From Acidobacteriota bacterium (GTDB lineage: Bacteria; Acidobacteriota; Blastocatellia; RBC074), in assembly GCA_040007555.1 (NCBI GenBank), contig JBDTUW010000001.1:1-26007 (forward strand): DNA of 26,007 bases, in the 5' to 3' direction. Positions 24,063 to 26,007 of this stretch are shown piece by piece. Position 1 is the stretch's first letter; every line of letters begins with the position of its first letter. The translations under genes and the position numbers were made by a program. Below the pieces are notes generated by a model that saw nothing but the letters and a program-made list of their open reading frames with translations, did no database searches and was not told the origin of the DNA.

Positions 24063-26007
24063 ATGGGATTGCGTGCGGAGCTTCATCTGACAGGAAATGG
24101 CGCATCCCAGGTCTATGTTCTCGACGTGCCTCGCCTCACGGTCGGTCGAACTCGCGAGAACCACGTGACCATTGCTGACCCGGCAATTTCTCGTCATCAC
24201 GCCGAGTTCATTCGCTTGGGCAACGACGTCCTTCTGCGCGATCTGGGCTCGACGAACGGAAGCTACGTCAATGGCCTCCGTATTTCCGAACAGCTGCTCA
24301 ACGATGCTGATATCGTCCGCTTTGGACCACAGGGTCTGGAATATCGATTCGCCGTGCTTGACGATAGCGGTGCGCTCCCGGCTAATGTCCAGCGGCGGGA
24401 GCCTACCGGCAGCCTCATCGAATCCCTTTCTGGCCGTCTGGTTTCCAGTCCCGGCGACGTCTGCGAAGACGCTAGTCTCCGCTGTGTACTCGCCGAGGCT
24501 TACCTCACGAAGGGTGACCATCGGGAGGCGCTCAGGCTTCTGACGCGATATGTCGACCCAGTCTCGCTGCTTGCACTTCCACTCGCCTATCGATCCAGTG
24601 TTCTGCTCTGGCTTGGACGAGCCTACGTCGAGGGTAAGCAACTCCCGCTCGCTCTCGAGACCCTCGAACGCAGTCTGAATCTCGCGACAAAAGAAGATGA
24701 CGAGAACGCCGTTGCCGAGGCCCACGCCTCAATTGGCAGGGCGTTTATGGGACTGAAGGACCTGCTCGCGGCGCGCGACAATCTCAACCGAGCGATGCTC
24801 ACCGCCAGACGCGGCGGCAACGCCCGACTTGGTGCTGAAGTTCATCTATGGCTTGGCAAGGTTGACTGGAAGGATGGCGATTTCGACGGCGCGCGTTACA
24901 ACTGGACGCGTGCGACGCGCTTGGCCGAGGGTCTGAATGCGCCGCTGCTCCAGGCCCGAGTTCAGCTTCAGCAGGCGTTCGTCCTTTACGCCGAAGGGAA
25001 GCTCAAGGAGTCGAGCCCGAGCTACGAGGCAGCGATTGAACGAATTCAGGCGATTGGTAACCTCCCCCTTCTGCTGAAGGCATACAGTAGCCATTCGAGG
25101 GTGCTGGTGAGACTGGGCCAGTGGTCAGCGGCCGAACGGCTCCTTGACGAACGCCTGACAATGGCGCGCAAACATAAGATTAATAAAGCGGAGGCAGTCG
25201 CCTTAACCGACAATGCGGAGCTCGAACTCCTGCAGGGCCGGTTGCAGGGAGCGGTGACTGCCATCGAAGCCGCGTGTGAAAGTCATGGTGAACATGTCTA
25301 CGCGCGGACACAAAGGATTCTGGGCCGCATCCTGATCGTTCGCGGGCAGGTTCAGGAAGGGATCCGCGCGCTCGACATGGGGCTTGTTGCCTCCCGCGAG
25401 AATGGAGCACTCGAGGAGCAGATTCTGATCGGTGTTGAACTGGCGCTTGCGCACCTCGATGCCGGTGATGTCGCCACGGCTCGCCTGCGTCTTGATGAAG
25501 CCGAGGCGACGACGCCTCTGGATCCCGCGCTGACTCTCATGGGGCGCGCGCTTTTTGCACGAGGCAGCGTTTTCGCGGCAGCCAACCAGCTGGCCGAGGC
25601 AAATCGCTCATTCGCACAGTGTCTCGCGATCTTCCAGACGACTGGTGATCCCTATCGAGTCGGCCTCTGCCAGGCCGCGATAGGTGAACTCCGCGCGATG
25701 GCGGGCCGTGACGATTCCGCTCGCGCCCATTTTGAGGAGGCTCAGCGGCAGTTCGTCAAGCTTGGGGCTGTCGCCGAATTGAAACGGGTGGAGGCGCGTC
25801 TTGCCTCGGGCGGCATCGCGCACGCCGCACCACAAATGACGCAAATGACGACTCGGCTGTCAAAGACGGCTCGGCTTTCGCTCGAGCACTTGACCGCCAC
25901 ACTCAACACCGGTGCCCTCACTTCGCCGACTGCCTCGAAGATTCTGGTCGTTGTCGCCAATGATGATCTGGCGCTCCTGCTGCTCAAGGGTCTTGAAGTG
26001 GAGAATT
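24063..26007 (+). CDS. FHA domain, TPR array and start of a receiver-like domain (partial, more than 648 aa, runs off the window)
   Basis: Hand translation of frame +3 from ATG 24063 (GAGG upstream, in-frame stop at 24000) gives no stop to the window end: VGRTREN...ISRHHA...DLGSTNGSYVNG...DADIVRFG (FHA); roughly ten TPR-like helical repeats by eye (e.g. LLWLGRAY, HASIGRAF, HLWLGKVD, RILGRIL); ends KILVVVANDDLALLLLKGLEVEN. Missing from the ORF track because it lacks a stop. Confidence 0.88.
   Translation, partial: MGLRAELHLTGNGASQVYVLDVPRLTVGRTRENHVTIADPAISRHHAEFIRLGNDVLLRDLGSTNGSYVNGLRISEQLLNDADIVRFGPQGLEYRFAVLDDSGALPANVQRREPTGSLIESLSGRLVSSPGDVCEDASLRCVLAEAYLTKGDHREALRLLTRYVDPVSLLALPLAYRSSVLLWLGRAYVEGKQLPLALETLERSLNLATKEDDENAVAEAHASIGRAFMGLKDLLAARDNLNRAMLTARRGGNARLGAEVHLWLGKVDWKDGDFDGARYNWTRATRLAEGLNAPLLQARVQLQQAFVLYAEGKLKESSPSYEAAIERIQAIGNLPLLLKAYSSHSRVLVRLGQWSAAERLLDERLTMARKHKINKAEAVALTDNAELELLQGRLQGAVTAIEAACESHGEHVYARTQRILGRILIVRGQVQEGIRALDMGLVASRENGALEEQILIGVELALAHLDAGDVATARLRLDEAEATTPLDPALTLMGRALFARGSVFAAANQLAEANRSFAQCLAIFQTTGDPYRVGLCQAAIGELRAMAGRDDSARAHFEEAQRQFVKLGAVAELKRVEARLASGGIAHAAPQMTQMTTRLSKTARLSLEHLTATLNTGALTSPTASKILVVVANDDLALLLLKGLEVEN

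Noticed and set aside
24009-24725. 238-aa minus-strand ORF apparently heading the ATP-grasp operon
   Set aside because: Antisense shadow of the clear FHA-TPR gene on the plus strand; the operon's promoter-like element lies downstream of it
1-26007. Mobile-element or island signatures around the unusual cluster
   Set aside because: No integrase, transposase, tRNA or flanking direct repeats recognised and no obvious compositional break by eye

Overview
GC-rich bacterial window; the gene types (carboxypeptidase-like-domain TonB receptor, CxxC..FC..DG-leader kinase-like protein, FHA/TPR proteins, GMC plus Tat partner) suggest an Acidobacteriota-like organism, which is an inference. The left half (1-12.8 kb) is mostly ordinary carbohydrate and uptake metabolism: sugar ABC ATPase and permease, FAH-family enzyme, xylulokinase, secreted amidohydrolase, TonB-dependent receptor, and a GMC oxidoreductase with a divergently placed Tat-exported small subunit. 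The right half (12.86-26.0 kb) is unusual. A minus-strand cluster encodes four ATP-grasp enzymes whose motifs resemble inositol-phosphate kinases of the ITPK1 family more than RimK, an MFS transporter, a secreted beta-propeller phytase, a secreted phytase-like NHL propeller with an 18-bp VNTR, and a 996-aa FHA-pseudokinase-MFS fusion whose MFS part is a paralogue of the stand-alone MFS. Back-to-back promoters link it to an FHA-TPR-receiver-like gene that runs off the window and is absent from the ORF track. Working hypothesis (inference, untested): a bacterial inositol-phosphate synthesis, transport and sensing module. No rRNA, tRNA, CRISPR array, transposase or integrase was recognised.
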